Assembly: GCA_965215515.1 (NCBI GenBank)
Contig: OZ244057.1
Span: forward strand, 1,312,001-1,376,000
DNA length: 64,000 bases
From: Oligoflexales bacterium
GTDB lineage: Bacteria > Bdellovibrionota_B > Oligoflexia > Oligoflexales > JAPPIL01
Reading direction: 5' to 3'
Positions 28,766 to 38,580 of this stretch are shown here, piece after piece. Position 1 is the first letter of the stretch. Each line of letters begins with the position of its first letter. Below the pieces are notes generated by a model that worked only from the letters and a program-made list of their open reading frames with translations, had not been told where the DNA came from and made no database searches. The position numbers were made by a program, and so were the translations under genes.

Positions 28766-30769
28766 GTGTTCTATCAGGTTGCGGTTGATGCCCAGGTAGA
28801 TCGGCTCCACACCTATCGTCATCGTGAACACTTGTCGCGCGGCACACGCGTGTTAGTACCTTTCGGGTCGCGGCAGAATTACGGTGTGGTGCTCGACCCT
28901 GTGCCCGCCACCAACTTTCCCTACCGCGTCAAGGACATCGACAGAGTGCTGGAGCACGAGCCTTACTACTCGCCCACCATGCTTAAACTGGCGACATTTG
29001 TTAGCAACTATTATTTCTGTCCGCTGGGACGCGTGTTGGCACTGATTGCCCCTCGTTATCTCGCCAAGGGTAAGGTGAAACGGGACAACTGCGACACACC
29101 GCCTCGTGTCGTAAGCAGCGCCGCACCGACCCTGACTGCGGCACAGCGACTGGCCTTGCATGCCGTACAACGGTGCGGCAATCGCAAACCTGTGCTGTTG
29201 CACGGTGTGACCGATTCGGGCAAGACCGAGTTGTATCTGCACCTTATCGCGGCACTGCTCAGTGCTTCACCGACCGACCTTGCCCCGCAGTTTCTTGTCA
29301 TGGTGCCTGAGATCGCTTTGACGGGGCAGATGGTGCGGGTATTCACGCAGCGGTTTCCTGCCCAGGTGGTGGTGGCACATTCTGCGCTCACCGTCTCACA
29401 ACGCTGGCATGCCTATCGTTTGTTAAGTAGCGGGGAGCGGGCGATCTTGATCGGGGCGCGCTCCAGTATTTTTGCCCCTTTTGTCAATCTCAAGTTGATC
29501 GTCGTCGATGAGGAACATGATAGCAGTTACAAGCAAGGCTCACAACTCGCTTATCATGGGCGTGATCTCGCCGTCTATCGGGCGCAGTTGGAGCGGGCGC
29601 AAGTTGTGCTCGGCAGTGCGACACCGTCGTTGGAATCGTGGCACAACGCTGTGACGCACAAGTACCAGCTGGTCGCATTGCCGACCCGCATTCACCCGCA
29701 CCCCCCTCGCGTGACGGTAGAGCGGATCAAGTCACAGGTGCGGCACGCGGACCTCACCGCCGTCGGTGAGGGGCAAGATGCCTGTGTTTTCAGTGCGGCG
29801 ACCGCGACGCGCATCGCCGCTACCCTTGCTGCGGGACAGCAGGTGATCGTTATTATCAATCGCCGCGGCTTTTCGCACTATCTGCTCGCCAAAGACAAAG
29901 GCGATGTCGTCACTTGCAATAACTGCAGTGTCAGTCTGACTCTGCACAATAATTTGCAACTGCTCAAGTGTCACTACTGTGGCTATCGTGTCCCACTTGC
30001 CAAAGTGTTGGAGGAACGGGTGCGGGAAAACTTGCAGGTCTGTGGTTATGGCAGTGAGCGGGTTGAAAATACGCTACGACAAAAATTTCCCACCGCTATC
30101 ATCGACCGTCTTGATTCCGACACTGTTGCACACAAGGGGCAGTTGGAGAAGGTGTTACAACGCTTCCGCCAGCGCGAGACCGACATCCTAGTCGGCACGC
30201 AGATGTTAGCGAAGGGGCATGATTTTCCCCATGTCGCCTTGCTGGTGATCCTGCATGCCGACCAGATGCTGGCGATGCCTGACTTTCGTGCTGCTGAGCG
30301 TCTGTTTCAATTGCTGGTGCAGGCGATGGGGCGTGCGGGGCGCAGCAACAACCCTAGCGAGGTGCTGGTGGAGACTGTTCGCCCGACCTTGCCTATTATG
30401 CAAGCGGCACTGGCACAAGATTATCATGCTTTCGCACACCACGAGCTCGCTTTTCGCCAGCAATTTCGCTACCCGCCCTTCACTCGCCTCGCTTGTCTCG
30501 AATTGAACAGCAGCGACGCGAAAAAATTACAGGCGACGACACTAAAGATCGGCGCTTTCTTCGCGGACAGCGGCGATCTACGTATTCGCGGCCCCGCCGA
30601 CCCGCCGCTGCACAAAATCAACCGCCGCTACCGCAAAGTCATCTACTTCTGCGCTCGTGATGCGTGTGAGTTGCACGCCACGCTGCGCACTTGGCTACCA
30701 CAACTGCAACGTTTGATACCCAGTGGCATCAGAACTATCGTCGATGTCGATCCCCAAACAACGTTGTAG
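28766..30769 (+). CDS. priA: Primosomal protein N' (replication restart helicase)
   Basis: GVTDSGKTE, VPEIALT, DEEHD, NRRGF and GTQMLAKGHDFP motifs. Confidence 0.95.
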   Translation: MFYQVAVDAQVDRLHTYRHREHLSRGTRVLVPFGSRQNYGVVLDPVPATNFPYRVKDIDRVLEHEPYYSPTMLKLATFVSNYYFCPLGRVLALIAPRYLAKGKVKRDNCDTPPRVVSSAAPTLTAAQRLALHAVQRCGNRKPVLLHGVTDSGKTELYLHLIAALLSASPTDLAPQFLVMVPEIALTGQMVRVFTQRFPAQVVVAHSALTVSQRWHAYRLLSSGERAILIGARSSIFAPFVNLKLIVVDEEHDSSYKQGSQLAYHGRDLAVYRAQLERAQVVLGSATPSLESWHNAVTHKYQLVALPTRIHPHPPRVTVERIKSQVRHADLTAVGEGQDACVFSAATATRIAATLAAGQQVIVIINRRGFSHYLLAKDKGDVVTCNNCSVSLTLHNNLQLLKCHYCGYRVPLAKVLEERVRENLQVCGYGSERVENTLRQKFPTAIIDRLDSDTVAHKGQLEKVLQRFRQRETDILVGTQMLAKGHDFPHVALLVILHADQMLAMPDFRAAERLFQLLVQAMGRAGRSNNPSEVLVETVRPTLPIMQAALAQDYHAFAHHELAFRQQFRYPPFTRLACLELNSSDAKKLQATTLKIGAFFADSGDLRIRGPADPPLHKINRRYRKVIYFCARDACELHATLRTWLPQLQRLIPSGIRTIVDVDPQTTL

Positions 30770-30778
30770 GTATGGAGT

Positions 30779-31561
30779 TCAGGATAATTTTCCCCCCAGC
30801 GAGGTGAGCAGATCGCGAAAATCGGCAGGCGGTGGGACATCGAAAAGGCAGGCGACCTGCGAACGCGGGTGTTGAAAGGCAATTTTGCTGGCATGTAGCA
30901 TCTGTGCGGGTAAGCTGTGCACCTCGGCACGCAGGCGGGGGGGAAACGCGTGGGGTAACATGGTCGGGCGATGGTAGAGGTTATCACCCAGCACGGGAGT
31001 GCCGAGGGCGACAGCATGCACTCTGATCTGGTGTGTACGTCCTGTGTTTAGCTTGATTTTGGCGAAGGTAAGGCGTTGTTGGAAGCGTTGCAGGACGAAG
31101 AATTCGCTGACCGCGTAGCGACAATGGCGGGCACGAACAGGGTGGGGATGTGATCGCATCCGCAAGCGTTGTTTGCGGTCACGGCTCAGGTATGACTGCA
31201 CGTATGCGTAGTCACGGGGTAGGTTACCATCGAGCAGAGCAAGATACTCTTTATGTACTTGCCGTGCCTTGAACTGCGCCTGCAGCTGCGCTTGCACCTG
31301 GTGGTTGTGTGCCACCAACAACACTCCGCTCGTGTCTCGATCGAGACGATGCACAAGCTCCGCGCGCGGAGACGTGCTGCGCACACCAGCCAGCACTGCG
31401 TCGATGGTGTAGCCACGCGCTTTGTCGAGTACCAGCAGGTCAACATCTTGGGCGACGATGGTAAAGGGTGGGTGCGATATATCTTCTGCCTCTACTGATA
31501 TCCTGCCAGTGCCACCACCCGTGCTACGGAAACGACAGCCAGCAAGAGACGGGTGTAGCAC
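30779..31561 (-). CDS. RluA-family pseudouridine synthase
   Basis: VHRLDRDTSG, TGRTHQIRVH, GDNLY and MLHA motifs; no S4 domain; start uncertain. Confidence 0.92.
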   Translation of the reverse strand: MLHPSLAGCRFRSTGGGTGRISVEAEDISHPPFTIVAQDVDLLVLDKARGYTIDAVLAGVRSTSPRAELVHRLDRDTSGVLLVAHNHQVQAQLQAQFKARQVHKEYLALLDGNLPRDYAYVQSYLSRDRKQRLRMRSHPHPVRARHCRYAVSEFFVLQRFQQRLTFAKIKLNTGRTHQIRVHAVALGTPVLGDNLYHRPTMLPHAFPPRLRAEVHSLPAQMLHASKIAFQHPRSQVACLFDVPPPADFRDLLTSLGGKLS

Positions 31562-31708
31562 CTAAGCTAGCGCGTGTAAAGCGGAGCGCTTCAGCAAGTA
31601 TGGCAACTACAGATGATCTTTATAAAAACCAAAAAAAACTTAGACAAAAAAAAAACAGTCGATCGTTTTGTCAGGGGGTGCTTTTAGTTTCTTGGTAAGG
31701 GGGGGTTC

Positions 31709-33721
31709 GTGCGGACGAGGGTAGCGGGTTTAAGTCTGGTGGAGTTGATGGTCGCGGTGACGGTCGTCGGCATTCTGGCGACACTAGCAATCCCTCGTTA
31801 TCACGCTTTTTTGGTGCAAGCACGGCGGGGTGAGGCACGCAGCAATCTGCACCATATTGCCTCCCTGCAGGCGATGTTCAGGATCGAACATGGGCAATAC
31901 TACTTCAGTGCTGCGCTGGCTACTAACGGGGTGGGTTACAAGGATGGTCTTGATGTTGTCGGCGATTGTACCGATTATAGCGACGATAGGGACGCGGGAT
32001 TGGGGAATCGTCTTGGTTTTCGCCCCCAAAATTGCCGCGATCTTCGTTATGTCTATAAGGTACGTACGGGTGGTTATACCGCCGTCGCTTCGGCAGCCTC
32101 CGATGCGGATAGCAGGTACATCTACCCAGATTGTGAGGGTAGGGGTTGTTGGCGGTGTGGCTACAACAAGGGTGATGCTGTGCAACTTAACATAAACAGC
32201 GGTGATCCCGAAGTGTGTCGCAATATCACGGCGTATTGTCCCGATGGAGATGCTTGTGAGGGCGGAGGGGGTGGCTGCAGCTGTTTTACAAGTACGGTAT
32301 GGGGCACAATGCCAGACACTAGTGAAGTTTGTACGGGCAATGATGTCGTTCAACACGGCACAGAAACTACGAGGTGTATAGGACACCCATCATGTGCGTC
32401 ATCGTCGGTAAAGAGCGTAACGCGAACATTCGCGGGCACTAAAGATTGCGTCTGCGATTGCCCTACCACGTATCCTTGGCCTCCCTTCGATGCGAGCACT
32501 ATATGTGTCGGTGAAGCTCATACCCAGACCGCTAACGATGTCCCTTGCACGGGTACTCCTAGACCACCAGCTACTACCTGTGGGACGGTAGATCTGAGGA
32601 ACGTGGTGCTGGGCACGAAAAACTGCGACTCCTGCGACCCCTGCGTAAACTGTTGCAACGGCGATGACATCGATCACACCAAAACGATAATGGGAAGTCC
32701 TTGCGATCAAAGTGCTTGCTGTCCCTACAGTAAATCCAAAGAGTATTATACTTGCGCAGGCCTAGGGCAAAAATGGACTCCCTGTAACTGTACATGCTCT
32801 GAGGGGCGGGACTTATCCTGCATCATGGGGAATGGAACGCCTGGCTCACCAGGGCCGCATCGGAAATTTAACCCTATGAAGAAAACCAGCGATGGCAGCG
32901 TCGCTCACTATGCCTGCACATGTGTTTGCGATGGGGCAAAAGTCAGCGCAACTATCTGTGCAGCCAAAACAGGCAGTAATGGGCAGCCGATGGAATACGA
33001 AGAAGCCACCTGCAGCTGTGTAGATGCACCTGAACCTGAAGACGAATGTGCTGATGGCACAAGGGTAAGCAGTGCAAAATCCTATTGCATCGGACAAGCA
33101 GATAATCGGAAGTTTAGTAAGGGGACGAAGAACAGCGCAGGCAAATACGAGTGCGAATGCACCGAATATTGTCCAGGTAGCTCCACAACGGTCGCCACAG
33201 CGCAGGGGGATTGCAATATGCAATCTATGTCTATCTGCCCTGGTGATTCTAGCGACGCCGTCCGCTTTGACAGGTCATCATGTCGGTGCTCGCTGCCATC
33301 CTGCAAACGTCAGGCATGTGTCAGGGAGGGTTTTTCCAATGTGCTAGCCAACGCCGCTGTAACCTTTCATGCAGGAGGAACTAAGGATAAAGAAGAACGC
33401 CTCAGCAAAATCGCAGGGTGCTTTACCAACAACGGCACTTGTCCAGACAGTGGATCACACGAATACTCCAGTAGCTCCTCAAGTGACAGAAGATGTTTAG
33501 AAGGCTTTGATGATGCCTGGGAAGGAGGTGGAGACCGAGATAGGATGAGAACTCTACTTAGCAGCGGGAACTACGATTACACCAGAGACGGTTGTGACCG
33601 CGCTACGATTGTTGCGATACTAAATGCCATCAAGGATTACATAGACGGCATGAAGCCACAACGCAACTTTAATTGCGATGAAGGTACTGACATGATGAAG
33701 TATGAAGGTACTGATTATTAA
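31709..33721 (+). CDS. Type IV pilin-like protein with ~500-aa Cys-rich extension
   Basis: Prepilin motif G|LSLVELMVAVTVVGILATLAIPRY and ARRGEARSNL helix. Confidence 0.85.
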   Translation: MRTRVAGLSLVELMVAVTVVGILATLAIPRYHAFLVQARRGEARSNLHHIASLQAMFRIEHGQYYFSAALATNGVGYKDGLDVVGDCTDYSDDRDAGLGNRLGFRPQNCRDLRYVYKVRTGGYTAVASAASDADSRYIYPDCEGRGCWRCGYNKGDAVQLNINSGDPEVCRNITAYCPDGDACEGGGGGCSCFTSTVWGTMPDTSEVCTGNDVVQHGTETTRCIGHPSCASSSVKSVTRTFAGTKDCVCDCPTTYPWPPFDASTICVGEAHTQTANDVPCTGTPRPPATTCGTVDLRNVVLGTKNCDSCDPCVNCCNGDDIDHTKTIMGSPCDQSACCPYSKSKEYYTCAGLGQKWTPCNCTCSEGRDLSCIMGNGTPGSPGPHRKFNPMKKTSDGSVAHYACTCVCDGAKVSATICAAKTGSNGQPMEYEEATCSCVDAPEPEDECADGTRVSSAKSYCIGQADNRKFSKGTKNSAGKYECECTEYCPGSSTTVATAQGDCNMQSMSICPGDSSDAVRFDRSSCRCSLPSCKRQACVREGFSNVLANAAVTFHAGGTKDKEERLSKIAGCFTNNGTCPDSGSHEYSSSSSSDRRCLEGFDDAWEGGGDRDRMRTLLSSGNYDYTRDGCDRATIVAILNAIKDYIDGMKPQRNFNCDEGTDMMKYEGTDY

Positions 33722-33737
33722 CTGGGGGGGGGGAGAG

Positions 33738-34835
33738 ATGATGCGGCGGGTTTTGGTATATCTGTTCATGTTCGACTGTGTATCCTGTATCGTGCGTCCG
33801 CCGACTGCGGCTGAGAAGTTCATCGCGCTGCAGCATCAGAGAGGCAATCGGCCACGCATTCTGGTCGATATCGTCCACCATCCCCATTGGAACATCGGCT
33901 ACAGTTACGGTGCTGACTGTGCAGCTGAGCAGCGCAACAACGATGATGTCTTGACCGAGACCATCACCGCCGTGCTCCAGATGTGGTTGCAGCCGCTACG
34001 AGAATACGAGAACAAGCAAGGAAAAATTGTCGCTGATTTCCGCTACTTTCTGGGGCGGCAACGGGACGCTAGCGACCTCTCCGTCGTTTTTCACTGTAAC
34101 GATGAGAGCCCATCGACTGCATCTGTGCGTAGGGCGAGTCCACCGCTGATCGACCTGCGTGAGGGCGACCTGCGGGTCGATCGCGATTTTACGGGCACCC
34201 TGGCACATGAGATGGGGCATGCTTTCGGCTTAGCGGATACCTACATTCCTGGGAACAGAGATGGTGATCCGCTTCTGGACAAGGGTGCTTGGGATGGCAC
34301 CAAAGGTACGCAGCCGAGTTCCATCATGATGACGCTCTCGGAAGGTCACAAGGATGGCGGGATAATCGGTAAAGATGATAAGAATGGTGTCATCTGGCTC
34401 TACAAGACAAGGCATGAGGGGTTGCCAGATGATGACTGTTTTTTCGACGACTATGAATTGGAACACGTGCCGCTCGGCTGCCGTCCTAAACATCCCCTGA
34501 TCTTTGAGCTCAAACACGTGTCGGAGACTACTGCGAGAATTGTTATCCAAGATGATGAGCATCTCGATGTCAATGTCCGTGATGCGGAAGGGATGACTGC
34601 GCTACACTACGCGGTATTGTACAACTATCGGCGGGTGATAGAAGCACTACTCAGGCACAAGGACATCAAGCCATATCTGACCAACAGAAAGGGAAAAACA
34701 CCCGCACAGCTAGCGAAAGACCTTGAGTACGACGAGCTTGCACAGCTCATCGCCGCCCACCCTAAAGCCTTGCCCGTCGCAGCACAGGGTAAAAAAACCA
34801 TGCCGTGGGGAGAGTTGAAGCGCGGTGATCGTTAG
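33738..34835 (+). CDS. Metzincin-like metallopeptidase with ankyrin repeats (probable lipoprotein)
   Basis: HEMGHAFGLAD, Met-turn SSIM, ankyrin GMTALHYAV and GKTPAQLA. Confidence 0.8.
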   Translation: MMRRVLVYLFMFDCVSCIVRPPTAAEKFIALQHQRGNRPRILVDIVHHPHWNIGYSYGADCAAEQRNNDDVLTETITAVLQMWLQPLREYENKQGKIVADFRYFLGRQRDASDLSVVFHCNDESPSTASVRRASPPLIDLREGDLRVDRDFTGTLAHEMGHAFGLADTYIPGNRDGDPLLDKGAWDGTKGTQPSSIMMTLSEGHKDGGIIGKDDKNGVIWLYKTRHEGLPDDDCFFDDYELEHVPLGCRPKHPLIFELKHVSETTARIVIQDDEHLDVNVRDAEGMTALHYAVLYNYRRVIEALLRHKDIKPYLTNRKGKTPAQLAKDLEYDELAQLIAAHPKALPVAAQGKKTMPWGELKRGDR

Positions 34836-35103
34836 TGTCAATAGGTATTCATCCTAGCAGTTGCCAGACGCACCCCGCGTCGCCCACCTACGATCCCGAC
34901 CCGCGGCGACTGCGGGGAAGAAACCTTCAACGGCTGCCGCAACCCGTACCCTCACCGCCCTCAAGCTGCAGGCACCGCGCCTGCGCCAGAGACAGCCGAA
35001 CACGGACACGCCTCCAGCTCACCGTGCGGAGCTGAACTCCCCACTTCACCCGACGACGACCAGAGAGCTGGTCGTCGGTCTCAGACTTGTAGGGTCGTGA
35101 CTA

Positions 35104-35406
35104 TCAGCGGAACTGAGGACCTGTGCTTCTTGGGCTGCGCTGATGGTTGGAGCGACGAGGCTTTTCTTCTGCTTCGTTTACCTTGATGTTGCGCCCATCG
35201 AGACTCGAACCGTCCATTTCAGCAATTGCCTTCTGCGCCGATTCTTCCTCTGCGAAGGTCACAAACCCGAAGCCCCTGGAACGACCCGTTTCACGATCAG
35301 TGATGATCCTGATGTCGTCAAGGTCGCCGAACTGCTCGAAAGCCTCCCGCAACCTCTCCTCGCTGGTGTTCCAGCTCAACCCGCCGATGAAAAGTTTCTT
35401 GTTCAT
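35104..35406 (-). CDS. RRM RNA-binding protein
   Basis: RNP2 LFIGGL and RNP1 RGFGFVTF. Confidence 0.95.
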   Translation of the reverse strand: MNKKLFIGGLSWNTSEERLREAFEQFGDLDDIRIITDRETGRSRGFGFVTFAEEESAQKAIAEMDGSSLDGRNIKVNEAEEKPRRSNHQRSPRSTGPQFR

Positions 35407-35479
35407 GTTAGATCTAACTCGTCCGAAAATTAGCGATGATCCCTTATAACCAACTCAGGGAGATTAGCATACCAGAAAA

Positions 35480-36697
35480 TCACTTTTCGTGCAGTTTATT
35501 TTTTTCTCCCCTCAGACCCGCGGCCACGTGTTGGCCGATGAGGCGTGCTGTATCCTGCTTGCTACCCGCATAACTATGTGATAAATCTGAAGAAAACAAA
35601 TAGGCGTGATAATTTCCACCCTCCATCGCATCGCACGGATTGACCACCAGCAAGCTCGCCCGCGTCTCTTTCTGGCGGTCGAAATACGCGTCGATACCCA
35701 TCTTCACGCCCCGTTCGGGATCGAAAGTAGCTGGTAATTTGAAAACTACCTTCACCTGCGAACGAGGTTGTAGCACGTGTATCAGCTTCGGCACAGGGAG
35801 AAGGCGTACCTGCAATTCCTCCCGTCGCGAAGAAATCTTGCCCGCCACCGTTGTCGCAGGAGCAAAATCCAACACGGCCGCGACCATTACCAGGGCGGCA
35901 TCAGGTATCTCCTGCAACAACCGCTGTGCCTGCGCTCCCATCTCGGTGGGAGTGCTAACCTCGACTAGACTAGTGCAGACGACGGGACGATACGTGCTTA
36001 CACCGCTGACGACATGAGTAGCAAAACCATGCCGATACAACTCCGTCGCGATTAACGAACCCATCTCACCGCGAGAAAAATTAGTGATGCCACGCACAGC
36101 ATCGATAGGAGCGACAGTACTCCCGCTGACGATGACCGCCGCCCCGCGCTTCCCTCCGCCACGATAGCAGTGAGCGATTTTCTCCGCCAGCTGCTGAGGA
36201 GGAAGAAACTTATCCTTACCCTCCTCCCTACACGGGGCGATCACCGTCAGACGCTTCTCCAGCCGCGGGTAAACGTCCTGCAAAAAAGGATTAGCCGCCA
36301 GCGACTGATGCATGCAGGGATGCACCATAACTGGCTTGCCTTGACCGAGATAAGAAGCCGCTAACGACAACGCAGGTGCATCGCAAATCGCCGCAGCAAT
36401 CTTGGCCAACAACGAGGCCGAACAAGGTGCGATAACCAGTGCATCGCCCTCAGCGACATGGTCGGCTGACGGACTCCAGTCAACGCCAACCTCCTCGCCA
36501 CTCGCCCACGCACAGGCAGTAGGTGTGACAAAACGCCGCGCTTCCCGCGTCATCGTCACCCGCACCCGCGCCCCCAACCGCCGCACCGCCCTGATAGCTT
36601 TCACCACCTCCACGGCAGCAATCGAGCCACTCACCACCCACGCGAGACTCACGCCACGCAAAACTTGCGACAGCTCCCTGACCCCAGTGTCCCTCAA
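35480..36697 (-). CDS. coaBC: Bifunctional phosphopantothenoylcysteine decarboxylase/ligase
   Basis: SGSIAA, APCSASLLAKIA, IDAVRGITNFSRGEMG and AAVLDF...KISS motifs. Confidence 0.88.
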   Translation of the reverse strand: MRDTGVRELSQVLRGVSLAWVVSGSIAAVEVVKAIRAVRRLGARVRVTMTREARRFVTPTACAWASGEEVGVDWSPSADHVAEGDALVIAPCSASLLAKIAAAICDAPALSLAASYLGQGKPVMVHPCMHQSLAANPFLQDVYPRLEKRLTVIAPCREEGKDKFLPPQQLAEKIAHCYRGGGKRGAAVIVSGSTVAPIDAVRGITNFSRGEMGSLIATELYRHGFATHVVSGVSTYRPVVCTSLVEVSTPTEMGAQAQRLLQEIPDAALVMVAAVLDFAPATTVAGKISSRREELQVRLLPVPKLIHVLQPRSQVKVVFKLPATFDPERGVKMGIDAYFDRQKETRASLLVVNPCDAMEGGNYHAYLFSSDLSHSYAGSKQDTARLIGQHVAAGLRGEKNKLHEK

Positions 36698-36791
36698 CAG
36701 TTACTCCCCTACCCCCCTAAGCTTAGTCGCATAAGTGTATACCGAAGGAAAAGGCATGTGGGGAACTTTTTTTTCGGCTACAATAGTAGGT

Positions 36792-38531
36792 ATGAGAGTT
36801 TTATCTTTTTGTGTTTTTTTGTCGGCCTGTCGTGCGACCGCATCGCTTGCACCGACGACGGCGGAAGATCTAGAGAAAGGGCCTGAGGTGCCGCTGCTCG
36901 ACGTACCAGCATCCCTATGGTCGCCTGAACAGCGTCGGATCAGTGCTATCCACAACTACCTGATGGGTGAGTACACGTTGCTGCGGGGAGATGCGCGTGT
37001 TGCCCACGCGGCGTTCGAGCGTGCCTATGGCCTTGATCCCAACCCGTTTTTGGGCGGCAAAGCGATCTTCACGCTCGCTGAGCTCGGTCATACGACGGAA
37101 GCCCTGACCAAAGCAAAAAAAATGACCCTGTTGCATCCCAAAGATACCTATCTGCGTTTTCTGTACGGGCAGCTTTTGGTGCGTAGCGGTAGTTGGCAAG
37201 ACGCTCAGCGACAGCTACAGCAGGCACTCGCCCTCGATGCTTTACATATCCCCAGTCATCATGCCTTGATCGACTTGCACCTGGCACAGCGACAGTGGCA
37301 GCAGGCATTGGTGGTGGCACAGCGGATGGTGCAGGCAATACCAAGCGCAGTGCATGGCTGGTCGAAGCTGAGTCGCATTCACCTGTTGTTGGAGCAGAAG
37401 CACGAGGCATTGCAGGCAGCACGCACGGCATTCGAGATGCAGAGCGCTAACCCCGCCACGATGTTGATCTATGCCTACACTCTGGCACTGAACGGTTCTT
37501 CGACAGAGGCAGTCTCCGTCTACGAACGTCTCTATCGCAGCAACACCACCAGCGTGCAATTTATTCACTACCTCGCTAGCCTGTATCGACAGTTGGGGGG
37601 GTTAGTGCAAGCACTGGCGTTATTGGACGCACTGGCGACAAACCACTCTCCCTACAGTGTGGGGGTGGCGGTGCAGCAGGTTGCTATCCTGTGGGAGTTG
37701 GAAGAAAACCAGCGTGCTCACACCATCCTGCAGCAGCTTTTACAGGAACATCCCAGCTCATCCCGCCTTATCTACCTCGCCGCGTTAAGCGAGGAACGGC
37801 TTGGTAACGACACCCAGGCAGTGCAGTACTATCGCCGCCTGATAGAGGACAGAGAACTGGGTCGAGCGGTGCGTTTCCGCCTAGCAGTTGTCTACGAACG
37901 CCAAAACGAATGGCAGTCAGCACAGTTAGAACTGCACCAGCTGATCGATATGGGCAAGACACGCTGGGAATTTTTTGCGTTCTTGGCCGACATCTACAAC
38001 AAACAAAAAAACTACCGCGCCGCACTGCGCACCGCCGCACAAGGAGTGGCCAAACATCCTGAGGTCGTTCCCCTGCTCTTCGCCAAAGGTGTGTACCAAG
38101 AGAAGACAGGCGACATCGAGGGGTGTATGCAGACAATGCGCACGGTGATTGAACTCGACCCACGCCACAGTCATGCCCACAACTACCTCGGCTACCTGTT
38201 GGCCGAGCAGAACACGCAACTGCACGAAGCCCTGCGCCTTATCCTACGAGCACTTGAACTCAAACCCGATAACGGTTATTACCTCGACTCGTTGGCGTGG
38301 GTTTACTACCGTCTGGGTGATTATCAGAAGGCACATACGAGTATTGTGCAGGCAGTGCGGCTGCACCCCGATGAACCCGTCATTCTTGAGCACTACGCAG
38401 ATATTTTGCTGAAGCTGGGGCGCGGTGTCGAAAGTCTGCACATCTACCGCAGAGCGTTGCAACATGCTGAGGAAGAAACCGCCCGTACCCGTATCAAAGC
38501 TAAACTCGAGCAGCTGGGCGAAAATTCTTGA
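36792..38531 (+). CDS. TPR-repeat lipoprotein
   Basis: Lipobox LSAC; many TPRs; NYLGY...PDNGYYLDSLAWVYY. Confidence 0.88.
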   Translation: MRVLSFCVFLSACRATASLAPTTAEDLEKGPEVPLLDVPASLWSPEQRRISAIHNYLMGEYTLLRGDARVAHAAFERAYGLDPNPFLGGKAIFTLAELGHTTEALTKAKKMTLLHPKDTYLRFLYGQLLVRSGSWQDAQRQLQQALALDALHIPSHHALIDLHLAQRQWQQALVVAQRMVQAIPSAVHGWSKLSRIHLLLEQKHEALQAARTAFEMQSANPATMLIYAYTLALNGSSTEAVSVYERLYRSNTTSVQFIHYLASLYRQLGGLVQALALLDALATNHSPYSVGVAVQQVAILWELEENQRAHTILQQLLQEHPSSSRLIYLAALSEERLGNDTQAVQYYRRLIEDRELGRAVRFRLAVVYERQNEWQSAQLELHQLIDMGKTRWEFFAFLADIYNKQKNYRAALRTAAQGVAKHPEVVPLLFAKGVYQEKTGDIEGCMQTMRTVIELDPRHSHAHNYLGYLLAEQNTQLHEALRLILRALELKPDNGYYLDSLAWVYYRLGDYQKAHTSIVQAVRLHPDEPVILEHYADILLKLGRGVESLHIYRRALQHAEEETARTRIKAKLEQLGENS

Positions 38532-38580
38532 GATGTGGCAAGCGGGAGGTAGGTTTTTTATCTGCGACGATATCTTTGCA

